Of a stretch of DNA of 64,000 bases, positions 63,501-64,000 are shown one piece after another. The translations under genes were made by a program, and so were the position numbers. Each line of letters opens with the position of its first letter. Position 1 is the stretch's first letter. The notes beneath the pieces were generated by a model. It was not told the origin of the DNA. It ran no database searches and saw nothing but the letters and a program-made list of their open reading frames with translations. Source of the DNA: the human T2T-CHM13v2.0 reference genome, Homo sapiens; NCBI RefSeq assembly GCF_009914755.1, contig NC_060929.1; one strand, 5' to 3'.

Positions 63501-64000
63501 GCTTTCTGATTTGTGCATTCATTTAGCAGAGTTAAAACTTTCTTTTGATTCAGCACTTTGGAAACACTGTTTTGGTATAATCTGCCAAGGGATATTTGAT
63601 ATCACACTGGCCCTGCCAATGGATATTTGATATCACACTGACCCACTGGTTAAAAATGAAATAACTTCAGTTAACAACTAAAAAGAAGCTTTCTGAAATA
63701 CCGCTTTGTGATGTTTGATTTCTTCCCATGGAGTTAAAATTTTCTATTGAATAAGCAGTTTGGAAACACTGTTTTTGTAAAATCTGCAAAGGGATATTTG
63801 GGAGTGCACTGATGCCTATGGTGAAAAAGGAAATATCTTCGCATAAAAAAACGAGTGAGAAGCTTTTTGAGAAATGGCTTTGTGATGTATGTATTCATCT
63901 CACAATGTTAAACTTTTCTTTTGAGTGAGCAGTTTGGAAACACTGTTTTTATAAAATCTGTGAAGGTATGTTAAGTAGCATAAAAAGTCCTAAGGTGAAG
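48597..64000 (+). repeat. Diverged alpha satellite array (runs off the window)
   Basis: Same monomer motifs and orientation. Confidence 0.97.

Overview
Primate (human/great-ape-like) pericentromeric DNA with no cellular genes. About 50 kb is diverged ~171-bp alpha satellite, all in one orientation, with pJ-alpha-type boxes and no CENP-B box seen. It is interrupted by (i) a full-length, decayed HERV-K(HML-2) provirus on the minus strand (1263-11105; two LTRs, 5-bp GGGAG target-site duplication, gag-pro-pol-env all broken, 0.7-kb L1 nested in gag) and (ii) two ~2-kb 5'-truncated, 5'-inverted (twin-primed) L1PA elements. Most notable: the LTR pair is a sharp mosaic (~12% divergent in one part, ~1% in the rest); the provirus has the type-1 pol-env deletion junction but old-style LTRs and no np9 splice donor; the 'monomeric' satellite retains an eroded 9-mer (4+5) higher-order periodicity plus distinct sub-arrays; and both satellite-inserted L1s were nicked at the same position of the monomer at the same minor variant. 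I found no evidence for a new protein-coding system. All alignments and counts were done by eye, and comparisons to family consensus sequences rely on recall.
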